Assembly (NCBI GenBank): GCA_017937485.1
Contig: JAGBDN010000007.1
Coordinates: forward strand, 14,689 to 78,688
Length of the DNA: 64,000 bases
Origin: Thermoguttaceae bacterium
GTDB lineage: Bacteria > Planctomycetota > Planctomycetia > Pirellulales > Thermoguttaceae
Direction: 5' to 3'
Made by a program: the position numbers and the translations under genes. This document shows positions 38,144 through 47,424 of the stretch, one piece after another (positions within the stretch are counted from its first letter, which is position 1; the number at the start of each line of letters is the position of its first letter). The notes beneath the pieces are model-generated. The model did not search any database and was not told the DNA's origin. It saw only the letters and a list, made by a program, of their open reading frames with translations.

Positions 38144-39046
38144 ATGAGCGGTAACGTTGTTTTGAAAACGTCGATTCCCGGTATGACCGCGAAAAGCGGC
38201 AAAGTGCGGGACGTTTACGATTTTGGCGATCAAATTTTGCTGGTCAGCACGGACCGCGTCAGCGCGTTCGACTGGATTTTGCCGAGCGGGATTCCGGACA
38301 AAGGGAAGACGCTCAACCAAATCGCCGAATTTTGGTTCGAAACGCTCGGCGTCCGCAATCATATGATAACGACCGACGTCGAGAAAATGCCCTTCCCGGA
38401 AGGAACCGACCTCAAAATGTTCGAAGGTCGCTCCGTTCTTTGCGAAAAGACGAAGGTCGTTCCGATCGAATGCGTCGTTCGCGGTTACCTCTCCGGCTCC
38501 GGTTGGAAGGAATATCAAGCGTCGCAATCGGTTTGCGGCGTGAAGTTGCCGGCAGGGTTGGTGGAAAGTTCTCGCCTCGAAGAGCCGATTTTCACCCCGT
38601 CGACGAAGGCGGAAGTCGGGCACGACGAAAATATTTCGTTCGAACAAACGGTTGAAATCGTCGGTCGCGACGTCGCCGAAAAACTCCGCGATCTTTCGCT
38701 CGATATTTTCCGTCGCGGGAGCGAATACGCCCTGAAACGCGGCGTTATCGTCGCCGACACCAAGTTCGAATTCGGCGTCGCGGCGGACGGCGAAATTATC
38801 CTTATCGACGAAGCGTTGACGCCGGACTCGTCCCGTTTTTGGCCGCTCGACCAATACGAACCGGGGAAAGGCCAACCGTCGTTCGACAAGCAAATCGTCC
38901 GCGACTGGCTCCTGCAATCCGGTTGGGATCGCAACTCGACGCCGCCGGAACTCCCGGAAGAAGTGATCGCGAAGACGCGCGCCAAATATCTGGAAGCGTT
39001 CGAACGTTTGACCGACCGCAAACTGAAGTTCCAAAGCGAACTTTAA
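38144..39046 (+). CDS. purC: Phosphoribosylaminoimidazole-succinocarboxamide (SAICAR) synthase
   Basis: GKVRDVY, STDRVSAFD, GVIVADTKFEFG motifs. Confidence 0.93.
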   Translation: MSGNVVLKTSIPGMTAKSGKVRDVYDFGDQILLVSTDRVSAFDWILPSGIPDKGKTLNQIAEFWFETLGVRNHMITTDVEKMPFPEGTDLKMFEGRSVLCEKTKVVPIECVVRGYLSGSGWKEYQASQSVCGVKLPAGLVESSRLEEPIFTPSTKAEVGHDENISFEQTVEIVGRDVAEKLRDLSLDIFRRGSEYALKRGVIVADTKFEFGVAADGEIILIDEALTPDSSRFWPLDQYEPGKGQPSFDKQIVRDWLLQSGWDRNSTPPELPEEVIAKTRAKYLEAFERLTDRKLKFQSEL

Positions 39047-39272
39047 GGCGCGGTTTGCCGACTCGCCGCGTTCCCGGGGTTGGAAAAACGTCGGGAACGC
39101 GCGGCGATCGGTCGACGATAAATTTTGCTCGGCGCGGCGGCGCTTTTCGTTTGGACGTTAAAATTTAACGGAGGAAAAGACGAAAAACGGCGGCGCGTCG
39201 ACGTTAAATTGGGCGTTTAGAGAAAAACGTTCGATATTAATAAAACGCGGCAATCTTGGAAGGGCGCGTAAA

Positions 39273-39572
39273 ATGGGCGAAATAGCGACGGTCTTTCTCG
39301 CGACGTTGGCGTTCGCTTGCGTCGCGTTTTCCGGAATGTGTTTGGCGTTGATTTTTCCGAAATTTTTCGGACGCAAAACGAAACGCCGGTGCGCTTGCGC
39401 CGCGTCGCGGGAAGCGATGCGGATTTACAACGAACGGGAGCGCGCCGCTTTAGACGCGAAGCGGTATCGCCCGGAAACGGTCGATTTGCGCGATTTGCCG
39501 CAAGTTTCGCCCGAGTTGGCCGAATTTGCGCAAGTTTCGAGTCGGTCGAACGAAAAGGCCGGCGCGGAGTAA
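39273..39572 (+). CDS. Small membrane-anchored protein, unknown function
   Basis: One N-terminal TM segment, then a basic CAC-containing linker and an acidic tail. Coding-like composition only. Confidence 0.45.
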   Translation: MGEIATVFLATLAFACVAFSGMCLALIFPKFFGRKTKRRCACAASREAMRIYNERERAALDAKRYRPETVDLRDLPQVSPELAEFAQVSSRSNEKAGAE

Positions 39573-39653
39573 ACGGCTCTTGATCGTTAACAAGTCGGCG
39601 GTCGTCTAAAAAACTTCGAAAAACACGAGACGCTAAGAAAAACGGCGCGGATT

Positions 39654-40664
39654 TTGGATAAAACGACGGAAAACGCGGAAACGACGACCGCCGACGAAGC
39701 GCGAGAGAAGCGGACTCCGTCGCGTTGGCGCAAACCGCTCCTTTTGTACGCGGCGACTTGGGCGACGACGACTTTCGTCGGGTTCGTTTTTTACGGCGGC
39801 GGTTCTTGGCTCGGCGCGGCTCTTTTTTCCGTTCCGTTGATGATTATTTTGACGGCGCACGAGTTGGGCCATTATTGGCAAACGCGGCGTTACGATATTC
39901 CTTCTTCGCCGCCTTTTTTCATTCCGTTTCCGCTTCCGCCGTTCGGAACGTTGGGCGCGTTGATTCGGATGAGCGGACGCGTCCCGAACGCGAAGGCTCT
40001 TTTCGACGTCGGCGTTTCCGGGCCGTTGGCGGGATTCGCGGCGACGCTCGTTTTTTTAGCGATCGGGTTGGCGAATTCGACGCTTGTCGACGCGCGTCCG
40101 GCGACGGGCGAAACGTTGGTTTTCGGCGAGCCGCTTTTGTTCCGTTGGGCCTCCCTTCTTTTTTTCGACCGTTCCGATCCGACGCAAGTTTTGACGATGC
40201 ATCCGACCGCGGCGGCGGCTTGGGTCGGGCTTTTCTTGACGACGTTGAACTTGTTTCCGATGGGACAGCTCGACGGCGGGCACGTCCTTTACGCGCTGTT
40301 GCGGCGCCGCGCCGTTTATTTTTCGACGGCGCTTTTTATCGCGGCGGCGGGCGCGGTTTTCCTTTTCGAGCGTTGGAATTGGCTTGTAATGCTCTTTTTG
40401 ATCGCGTTCTTTGGGCTCGAACATCCGCCGACCGCCGACGATTCGACGCGTCTTGGGCCGTTGCGAACGGCGATCGGTTGGGGAACGCTCGCGTTGGTCG
40501 CGATCGGTTTTACGCCGAATCCGGTCGACGTCGAGAGCGTCGCGCCGGATTCGGAAAAGAGCGTTTTTTTCCGGAACGAACCGTCGGAGCGAGCGGCGGT
40601 CGCCGACTTGGGCGCGAGAAGCGGGAATTTTGGGAACGAAAGAAGCGAACAAAGGAAAAGTTAG
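39654..40664 (+). CDS. M50 (site-2 protease-like) membrane metalloprotease, second paralogue
   Basis: HELGHYW and NLFPMGQLDGGH motifs. TTG start inferred because no earlier ATG is available. Confidence 0.8.
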   Translation: MDKTTENAETTTADEAREKRTPSRWRKPLLLYAATWATTTFVGFVFYGGGSWLGAALFSVPLMIILTAHELGHYWQTRRYDIPSSPPFFIPFPLPPFGTLGALIRMSGRVPNAKALFDVGVSGPLAGFAATLVFLAIGLANSTLVDARPATGETLVFGEPLLFRWASLLFFDRSDPTQVLTMHPTAAAAWVGLFLTTLNLFPMGQLDGGHVLYALLRRRAVYFSTALFIAAAGAVFLFERWNWLVMLFLIAFFGLEHPPTADDSTRLGPLRTAIGWGTLALVAIGFTPNPVDVESVAPDSEKSVFFRNEPSERAAVADLGARSGNFGNERSEQRKS

Positions 40665-40696
40665 AACGTTTTTAACGAAAATTCGATGAAAACGCC

Positions 40697-40725
40697 TTGT
40701 TATTCGCAAAGCGGCGTCGTATAAT
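40697..40725 (+). promoter_or_regulatory. Sigma70-like promoter (TTGTTA-17-TATAAT)
   Basis: About 72 nt upstream of the ATG at 40797. Confidence 0.45.
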
Positions 40726-40796
40726 CGACCGACGGAGGCGCGCTTTGACGGAGAACGGCGGCGCGATTTCGCTCGATATAACGGACGAGGCGAACG

Positions 40797-42086
40797 ATGC
40801 AACACGAGACGAAAAACGAACGGCGCGAGAAAAAAGCGCTCGGATATAAACACGAATGGACCGACACCGGCGGACATTCTCATCGCGTTATTTTCGATAA
40901 AAAAACGTTGGAGCGACCGCAAACGACTTGGAAAGCGTTGACGTTTGTCGCCGCGTTGGGGTTGTTGATCGGCGGCGTCGCGATTTTAACGGCGCCGCGC
41001 AAGGACGCCGGACGTTTGCCGTTGGCGCCGACGAATATTCGACCTGATTTTGCGTTGACGACGACGTTGCGGAACTTGACGACGGAACGTCCGGTCGCTT
41101 TGGCCGCCGGTTGGGGCGACGAGTTCTTCTTAGCCGATCGCGGCGGGGTCGGCCTGTATCGCGTCGGAAACGGCGAGCGATTGCAGTATTGGAAAAGCGA
41201 CGCCGGGAGCGCGCCGACCGCGCTGACGTTTATCGCCGACGAAACGAGCGAGAAAAACGGCGCGCTTTTGATCGCGTATCCGGAGCGAATCGACGCGATT
41301 TACTTCGCGACCGACCGCGTTTTGAACGAAGCGGCGGCGAACGCGAAGGAAAACAACGGCGAAGGCGAAGATAAGAAAAACGTCTCCGCCGAAGAAAACA
41401 AACCGGCGCGAACCGCTCAAAACGCCGCGCTTGGCGAAGCGACGACGATTTTGGCGATTCCGGGCGCCTCGATCGCGGCGGTCGCGGCGTCGCCGGAACG
41501 GCTTTTTGTCGGCGATTTTAACGCGGGGCGCATTTGGCGATACTCTTGGCGAACGCTCGACGCGTTGCGCGGCGCCGAGAAAAAAGAAACGCCGCCCGAT
41601 TGCGAGATCGGCGCGCCGGACGGCGGGCTGGCTTATCCCGGTTTTCGACCGGCGACGGAGCCGTATATGAGCGTCGTTTATTCGCCGGAGACCAACGAAA
41701 TCGTCGTCGCGAATTCCGGGCTTTTCCGCGTCGACGCGTTCAACGTCGATTCCGGCGTTTGGAACGCGGCGCATTCTTGGAGCAAAACACCCGGAATGGA
41801 ACGCGCGTTCGCGGGCGCGGCGAACCCGATCGCGCTCGTCGTTTCGCCGAGCGGTTGGGTCGCGACCGCCGAAACCGGAAAAATCGACGCCGCGAGCGGA
41901 AAAAAGTCGCCGTTGCAAATTTTCGACGCGAAAAACGGAAATTGGATTTCCGAAATTTTGCTCGGCGTTCCGACGCAAGACGAAGCGCGCGTCGCGACGC
42001 CGATCGGTTTGGCGCTTAGCGAAGACGGTCGCCAAATTTGGGCGTTGAAATCGAACGGCGAGGTGGAGATTTACGCAAGTCGTTAA
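40797..42086 (+). CDS. Membrane-anchored protein, possibly beta-propeller fold
   Basis: One TM segment (ALTFVAALGLLIGGVAIL), followed by repetitive beta-rich sequence. No catalytic motif recognised. Confidence 0.7.
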   Translation: MQHETKNERREKKALGYKHEWTDTGGHSHRVIFDKKTLERPQTTWKALTFVAALGLLIGGVAILTAPRKDAGRLPLAPTNIRPDFALTTTLRNLTTERPVALAAGWGDEFFLADRGGVGLYRVGNGERLQYWKSDAGSAPTALTFIADETSEKNGALLIAYPERIDAIYFATDRVLNEAAANAKENNGEGEDKKNVSAEENKPARTAQNAALGEATTILAIPGASIAAVAASPERLFVGDFNAGRIWRYSWRTLDALRGAEKKETPPDCEIGAPDGGLAYPGFRPATEPYMSVVYSPETNEIVVANSGLFRVDAFNVDSGVWNAAHSWSKTPGMERAFAGAANPIALVVSPSGWVATAETGKIDAASGKKSPLQIFDAKNGNWISEILLGVPTQDEARVATPIGLALSEDGRQIWALKSNGEVEIYASR

Positions 42087-42134
42087 CGTCGACGCAAATC
42101 GCCGTTTTAACGAATCGGCGAGCGCAAACTTAGA

Positions 42135-42182
42135 AAGACCGCGAAAAACTTCCGACAACGGGAGATTTCGCGGTCTTTTTTT
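42135..42182 (+). terminator. Intrinsic terminator
   Basis: Stem AAAGACCGCGAAA / TTTCGCGGTCTTT followed by a T-run. Confidence 0.65.
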
Positions 42183-42253
42183 ACGTCGTCGCGCCGACGT
42201 TCGAAAAAAACGCGGAAGCGACGTTAAATTGGGAGAAATAGGAAAGACGGCGT

Positions 42254-43225
42254 TTAGCGCGTCCAGCAAGGCGAGCGTTTTTCGAGGAACGCGGCGATTC
42301 CCTCGCGCCCGGCGTCCGACGCCCAAGAACGGCAATGTTCGAGCCAACCGGCGCGGATTTCGGCGTCGGTCGGGAGAAGCGCGGCGTTGAAAAGGCGTTT
42401 GGCGGTCGCGAGGGAACGCGGTTCGTTCGCGAGGAATCGGGCGACGGCGGCGTCGACGGTCGCGTCGAAGTCGTCGGGGGCGGCGAGCGTTTGAACGAGC
42501 CCGACGTCGGCGGCGCGAGAAGCGTCGAACGGCGCGGCGGTCAAAACGAACTCTTGGAGCGCGGCGAGCGGCAATTTTCGGCGCAAAAACGGGAAAAGAA
42601 GACTCGGCGAAAGACCGCGTTTCGTTTCGGTGAAGACGGCGCGGAACGTCGAGTCGGCGACGACGAAATCGCAAGCGGAAACGAACCCGGCGCCGCCTCC
42701 GCAAGCCGCGCCGCGAACCGCCGCGACGATCGGTTTCGGCGTTAAGCGAATTTGACGCAAAAGCTCCAACACAAGACGCGGCAAGACTTGGAAACGCGAT
42801 AGTTTCGTCGGGAAGTCGACTTCTCGCGGCGCGAACGTTTGCGCCGCGAGGTCGAGCGGCGTCGCGGCGCGGTTTGAGGGAACGAACGGAGCGGCTGTTT
42901 CGGCGGTTTGAACGCGAAAATCGTCGAGAGCGAGGTTCGCGGCCTGGAGCGTTTCGAGCGGAATCGACGCGCCGTTCGTCGCCTCGTCGAGGTCGAGTCC
43001 GGCGCAAAAATGCTTGCCGGCGCCGCGCAGGACGACGAGACGCGTCGAAGCGTCGTCGGCGATTTGGCGCAGTTCGGCGAGAAGACGGCGCAACAGCTCG
43101 AACGAAAGCGCGTTGCAACGTTCCGGACGGTTCAGCGTTAACGTCGCGACGCCGCGGTCGTCGTCGGTTCGCGTCAACGGAGCGGATAAATCGGGAAGAT
43201 TGGGGGAATTAGGGGAGGCGGTCAT
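42254..43225 (-). CDS. Enoyl-CoA hydratase/isomerase (crotonase) family protein with internal insertion
   Basis: LTLNRPERCNAL, GAGKHFCAGLDL, KPIVAAVRGAACGGGAGFVSACD. Start MTASPNSPN at 43225; its ATG overlaps the xerC-like stop codon as ATGA. Confidence 0.85.
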   Translation of the reverse strand: MTASPNSPNLPDLSAPLTRTDDDRGVATLTLNRPERCNALSFELLRRLLAELRQIADDASTRLVVLRGAGKHFCAGLDLDEATNGASIPLETLQAANLALDDFRVQTAETAAPFVPSNRAATPLDLAAQTFAPREVDFPTKLSRFQVLPRLVLELLRQIRLTPKPIVAAVRGAACGGGAGFVSACDFVVADSTFRAVFTETKRGLSPSLLFPFLRRKLPLAALQEFVLTAAPFDASRAADVGLVQTLAAPDDFDATVDAAVARFLANEPRSLATAKRLFNAALLPTDAEIRAGWLEHCRSWASDAGREGIAAFLEKRSPCWTR

Positions 43226-44565
43226 TGGAATTGCGCGGGGTTGGCGAAGTTGGGGGGAACGTCGACGGAAAACGCGGCGGACGACGGGGAGTCCGCGGAG
43301 GGAAGCGTCGAGGAATTTAAACCGAGGCGGGCGCGCGGGTGCGATTTTTCGTAAATCGCGCGCAGCGACGCCGTCGAGACGTGCGTGTAAATTTGCGTCG
43401 TAACAATGTTTTTGTGTCCCAATAGTTCCTGGATGGAACGAATATCGGCGCCGGAGTCGAGCAGGTGCGTCGCGAAACAATGTCGGAGCGTGTGCGGCGA
43501 CGCTTTGGAGTCGAGGCCGGTTTCTTGCAGATAAGCGTCGAGTTTGCGCCCGATGCTGCGAACGTTGAGGCGACCGCCGTTTTTGTTGATAAAAATCGGT
43601 TCCGCGAGGAACGCTTCCCAACGCCGTCGCGCCGCCGGGTCTTGGAAGTCGACGAAAGGAACGTTGGGCGGCGAGGAAACGTCGGCGTCGGGGGCGGAAA
43701 CGGCGGAATCGGACGGAACGCCGACCGCTTCGTCGCCGGAATTGGGCGAGTTGGTTAGGTTGGCGAAATGCGTCGACGCTAATAAGTGGGAAAGGTTGGG
43801 AAAGTTGGGAAGCGACGAGTCGGCGGACGAGCGAACAAAAAGAGCGACGAAAGCGCGTTCTTCGTTCGACGGCGGCGACGCGGCGGCGAAATAATCGCGG
43901 TTGCGGCGCCCGCGCTCGGCGGAAGCGACGCGGAGATACCGTCGCGACGTCAGCAAGTAGCGGAGAATCGCCTCTTTAGCGAACGAACCTAAAAAAGCGA
44001 ACCGTTCGCGGCGGCCTTTCCCGCGGATTTTGAGGAGGTCTTCGTCGAGAACGACGTCGGAAAAATTGAGCCCGACCAACTCGCCGACGCGCAAACCGGC
44101 GGAGTAAATCGTTTCGAGAATCGCCCGGTCGCGGAGGCCGAGCGGGTCGTCTTCCGGAGGCGCCGACAAAAGTTTGAGAACGTCGTCGGTCGACATCACT
44201 CGAGGAAGGGGGCGTCGACCGCGCGGATTGCGAAGCGCCGCCGCCGGATTCTCGACCGCCCAACCTTCGCGCTCGCCGAATTTATAAAAACCGCGCAACG
44301 ACGCTAAACGTCGTGAAATCGTCGCTTTAGAATAGTCGGCTTCCCGCATCGCCGAGAGATAGCCGCGCAGTTCGAGAACCGAAACTTGATCCGGACGCGG
44401 GCAAACGCCGTCGCGGGCGGCCAGTTCGTACTCGAGCCAAGCCTCCAAGTCTTCGCGGTAACTTTTGATCGTATAATCGGAAAAGTTGCGCTCGACGGCG
44501 AGGAAACGGAGAAATCGGGCGATGGGAACGCGCAGGTTTCTTTCGTTAGACGGCGGTGTCGGCAT
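43222..44565 (-). CDS. Tyrosine recombinase XerC/XerD-like with ~100-aa low-complexity insertion and C-terminal tail
   Basis: N-terminal SAM-like core-binding domain (FLRFLAVERNFSDYTIKSYREDL). Catalytic AGLRVGEL, HTLRHCFATH, LGHKNIVTTQIYTHV. The insert lies between LRYL and PIFINKNGGRL. Confidence 0.88.
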   Translation of the reverse strand: MPTPPSNERNLRVPIARFLRFLAVERNFSDYTIKSYREDLEAWLEYELAARDGVCPRPDQVSVLELRGYLSAMREADYSKATISRRLASLRGFYKFGEREGWAVENPAAALRNPRGRRPLPRVMSTDDVLKLLSAPPEDDPLGLRDRAILETIYSAGLRVGELVGLNFSDVVLDEDLLKIRGKGRRERFAFLGSFAKEAILRYLLTSRRYLRVASAERGRRNRDYFAAASPPSNEERAFVALFVRSSADSSLPNFPNLSHLLASTHFANLTNSPNSGDEAVGVPSDSAVSAPDADVSSPPNVPFVDFQDPAARRRWEAFLAEPIFINKNGGRLNVRSIGRKLDAYLQETGLDSKASPHTLRHCFATHLLDSGADIRSIQELLGHKNIVTTQIYTHVSTASLRAIYEKSHPRARLGLNSSTLPSADSPSSAAFSVDVPPNFANPAQFQ

Positions 44566-44701
44566 TGCGAACGACGCTCAAAAAAAACGCGGCGGTCGAA
44601 AACGTTTCGACGCGCCGCCGGCGTATAAAATGGGGGAATAAAAGCAAGTTGCGAATAAAGTCGGTAAAAACGCCGAAAACCGGCGCGCGGAAAACGACCG
44701 C

Positions 44702-44965
44702 TTAATCTTCAAGTTTCAATTCAAGTTCGTTCGACGTCGCGTTTTCATTTTTCGACGCGATCAACGTCGCGACTTCGTTGCGTTGCGCTTTGCGGCGAAG
44801 TTTTTGGCTCAAAACGGCGGCGTCGTACCAGCTGAAGCTTAATTCCGGGTCGGAGGCGTAGCGCCCAAAGGTGCGAAGCATTTCGGATTGATTCGAGTCG
44901 CTGTAAAGAAAAACGTAACGTTCTTTACCTTTGACAAGCGCTAAAACGTTGACTTCTTGGTTCAT
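44702..44965 (-). CDS. Small hypothetical protein (87 aa)
   Basis: Balanced non-Arg-rich composition and an ATG start. Lower GC than the shadow frames. Confidence 0.55.
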   Translation of the reverse strand: MNQEVNVLALVKGKERYVFLYSDSNQSEMLRTFGRYASDPELSFSWYDAAVLSQKLRRKAQRNEVATLIASKNENATSNELELKLED

Positions 44966-45459
44966 GGGACGCGCCTCTATCGACGGCGGCGTTCGGCGGA
45001 ACGTCGCAATTGGGGTTCGGGGTTCAAGGGGGGGAAGGAAACGGAGCGAGCGCGCGAAACGCCGTTTTTTACGAGCGTCGCGTTGCGTTTGGCCTCCGCT
45101 ACTTAGTTATATCGACCGCCGCCGCGAAAACTTGACTGAAAAATCGGCGAGAAAAAACGCTTTTTTCTCTTTTATTGTCCGAAAAGCGCGTCGCGACGAC
45201 GGCGGTATTGTCGACGTATCTTATCTATTTTCGGGTTGGCTTTCTGTTTAGAAGAGGAAATAACGGAAAAAATTGGAAAATTCGTCGATTTTTTGACGTT
45301 TTATAAGCAACGAGACGCGTCGACTTTGCCGATTGAAAAGAAGTCGGTCGGTTGCGGAGTCGCGACGCTTCGAACGCAACGGCGCAAGTCCGGTTAATAA
45401 GGGCCGGTCGATCAACGAAAGCGTCGAAAAAAGACGGCGAAGAAAGAGCGAGGAGCTTG

Positions 45460-46275
45460 ATGGGGAGCGTTTTGCGAATTTTAACGGTCGGCGACGTCGT
45501 CGGCAAACCGGGGCGCGATATTTTGATTCGACGAGCGCGGGAGATTCGCGAACGCTTCAAGCTCGATTTTGTCGTCGCCAACGCCGAAAACGCGGCGGGC
45601 GGCTCCGGTTTGACGCCGGAAATTTACAAGGCGATTATCGAAAACGGCGTCGACTGCGTTACGCTCGGCGATCACGCGTTCCGGCAGAAGGCGATTTTCT
45701 CGATTTTGAACTCCGACGACCCGCGAATCGTTCGACCGGGAAACTATCCGCCGGAAGCGCCGGGACGCGGTTGGACCGTTTTGGAAGTTCCGGCGACGGC
45801 GGAGCGCCCGGCGGTTCGCGTCGCGGTCGGAGCGCTTTTGGGGCGCGTCTTTATGCAGCCGATCGACTGTCCGCTTCGCGCCGCCGACAAGATGCTGGAT
45901 CGGATTCCGTCGGACGTTCGGGCGCGTATCGTCGACTTTCACGCCGAAGCGACGAGCGAAAAACAGACGATGGGACGCTACCTCGACGGGCGCGTCTCCG
46001 CCGTTCTCGGGACGCATACGCACGTCGCGACAGCCGACGAAACGATTTTGCCCGGCGGAACCGCGTTCCAATGCGATATCGGAATGACCGGCCCGTTCGA
46101 CGGAATCATCGGGCGGCGTTACGACCGCGTCTTGGAGACGACGAAGACGTTCCGCCCGACCGTTTTCGAAGTCGCGACCGGCGACGCGCGCCTCAACGGA
46201 ACGATCGTCGACGTCGATTCGGCGACCGGAAAAGCGGTTAAAATCGAACGGCTCGTCTTTCGCGCCGACGATTGA
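45460..46275 (+). CDS. ymdB: YmdB-family metallophosphoesterase (2',3'-cyclic-nucleotide 2'-phosphodiesterase-like)
   Basis: LTVGDVVGKPGR, NAENAAGGSGLT, TLGDH, DFHAEATSEK, GTHTHVATAD motifs. AGGAG lies 5 nt upstream of ATG 45460. Confidence 0.9.
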   Translation: MGSVLRILTVGDVVGKPGRDILIRRAREIRERFKLDFVVANAENAAGGSGLTPEIYKAIIENGVDCVTLGDHAFRQKAIFSILNSDDPRIVRPGNYPPEAPGRGWTVLEVPATAERPAVRVAVGALLGRVFMQPIDCPLRAADKMLDRIPSDVRARIVDFHAEATSEKQTMGRYLDGRVSAVLGTHTHVATADETILPGGTAFQCDIGMTGPFDGIIGRRYDRVLETTKTFRPTVFEVATGDARLNGTIVDVDSATGKAVKIERLVFRADD

Positions 46276-46321
46276 CGCTTCTTTTAGCGAAGAGCGGGGA
46301 AAATAGGCAAAATAAAAAAGA

Positions 46322-46357
46322 AACGCGGCGGTTCCGAGCGGTTCCGTCGCGTTTTTT
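46322..46357. terminator. Bidirectional terminator between convergent ymdB and the alpha/beta hydrolase gene
   Basis: Stem ACGCGGCGG / CCGTCGCGT, flanked by an A-run and TTTTTT. Confidence 0.55.
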
Positions 46358-46381
46358 AAGCGCCGATAATCGATAGACGTT

Positions 46382-47242
46382 TTATTTGTTGAATTTCTCG
46401 ACGAACTCGACGATCGGCGTCGGGTCTTTCAGCGAGTGCGGGTGATGGTCGTTGCCGGGTTTAAGAATCAACTCGACCGGGCCGCCGACCGCTTCGTAAC
46501 GCTCTTTGAAGAGTTTCGCGTTTTCCGGGAACGGAACGACGCGGTCGGAGTCGCCGCAAACGAGGAAGACGCCGACTTTCGCCGCCGCCATCTTCTTTTG
46601 GCCGTCGGTATTGTCGATCGGGTTGAGCGAGTATTTCATCGCTTCTTCTTGCGTCAACTCGTAACTTTGCAGGACGGAGTTCCAGTCGCCGTCGCTGCGC
46701 TTTCCTTCGCCGTATCCGCCGGGCCAACTTTTGAAGTCGAGAACCGGGTTGTCGATGTAAATCGTCGCGACTTGCTCCGGATACGCCATCGCCCAGTTGA
46801 CGGTGTAAAGGCCGCCGCGGCTCATCCCTTCGAGGTTCGTTTTCTTGGCGAAGCCGTGTTCTTTCGTCAGATAAAGGTAAAAATCTTGCCAAAGCGCGAC
46901 CGATTTCGGCGACCCCATCAGCGGCGCGGAATTAATGTAAGCGACGGCGTAACCGCGGTTTAACATCGCGACGTCGAATTGCGGTTCGTGTCCGAAGAAA
47001 CGAGCGCGCCAAATCCAAGGCTTGCCGGGCGCCGCCTCTTTCGGGAAGACGAGTTTCGCGGCGCGCCCTTGGAATTGGAAGTCGTTGCATTGGAAACCGT
47101 TCCATTGGCCGACTTTGCCGGGGAAGGTCGAAACCGGCGCGGCGGGCGTTTCTTGCGCGAGCGTTTGCGTCGGCGAACAAAGAGCGGTCGCGGCGGTCAA
47201 CGCGGCGACGATTAACGACGTGAAAAATTGTTTGCGGTTCAT
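46382..47242 (-). CDS. Secreted alpha/beta hydrolase (esterase-like)
   Basis: Signal peptide MNRKQFFTSLIVAALTAATALCSP, nucleophile elbow GMSRGG, and late D and H residues. AAAGGAG RBS. The upstream 275 codons of the track ORF overlap the activase gene and are spurious. Confidence 0.82.
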   Translation of the reverse strand: MNRKQFFTSLIVAALTAATALCSPTQTLAQETPAAPVSTFPGKVGQWNGFQCNDFQFQGRAAKLVFPKEAAPGKPWIWRARFFGHEPQFDVAMLNRGYAVAYINSAPLMGSPKSVALWQDFYLYLTKEHGFAKKTNLEGMSRGGLYTVNWAMAYPEQVATIYIDNPVLDFKSWPGGYGEGKRSDGDWNSVLQSYELTQEEAMKYSLNPIDNTDGQKKMAAAKVGVFLVCGDSDRVVPFPENAKLFKERYEAVGGPVELILKPGNDHHPHSLKDPTPIVEFVEKFNK

Positions 47243-47424
47243 AAAGCTCCTTTCGAAACGCTTGGAACGCGTCGATTGCGGGATTGGTTGGGGAAAATGT
47301 TCGTATTGTTCGGCGGGTTGGGCGAAATAGGGCGGCGGGGGAAGCGGCGCAAACGGTGAAAACAACGGAAATTGCGGGGGTGGCGGAAACAACAAAAGCG
47401 GCGAAAGCGGCGGGGGCGGCGACG

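Noticed and set aside
41130-43118. 662-aa minus-strand ORF
   Set aside because: Arg-rich shadow over the 40797..42086 gene, a terminator and the crotonase gene. It has no motifs.
35096-44565. Integrative element at tRNA-Leu using the tyrosine recombinase at 43222..44565
   Set aside because: The recombinase is 8 kb away and has Xer-type N-terminal and catalytic motifs. The intervening genes are housekeeping (nrdR, murB, purC). I found no direct repeat of the tRNA 3' end.
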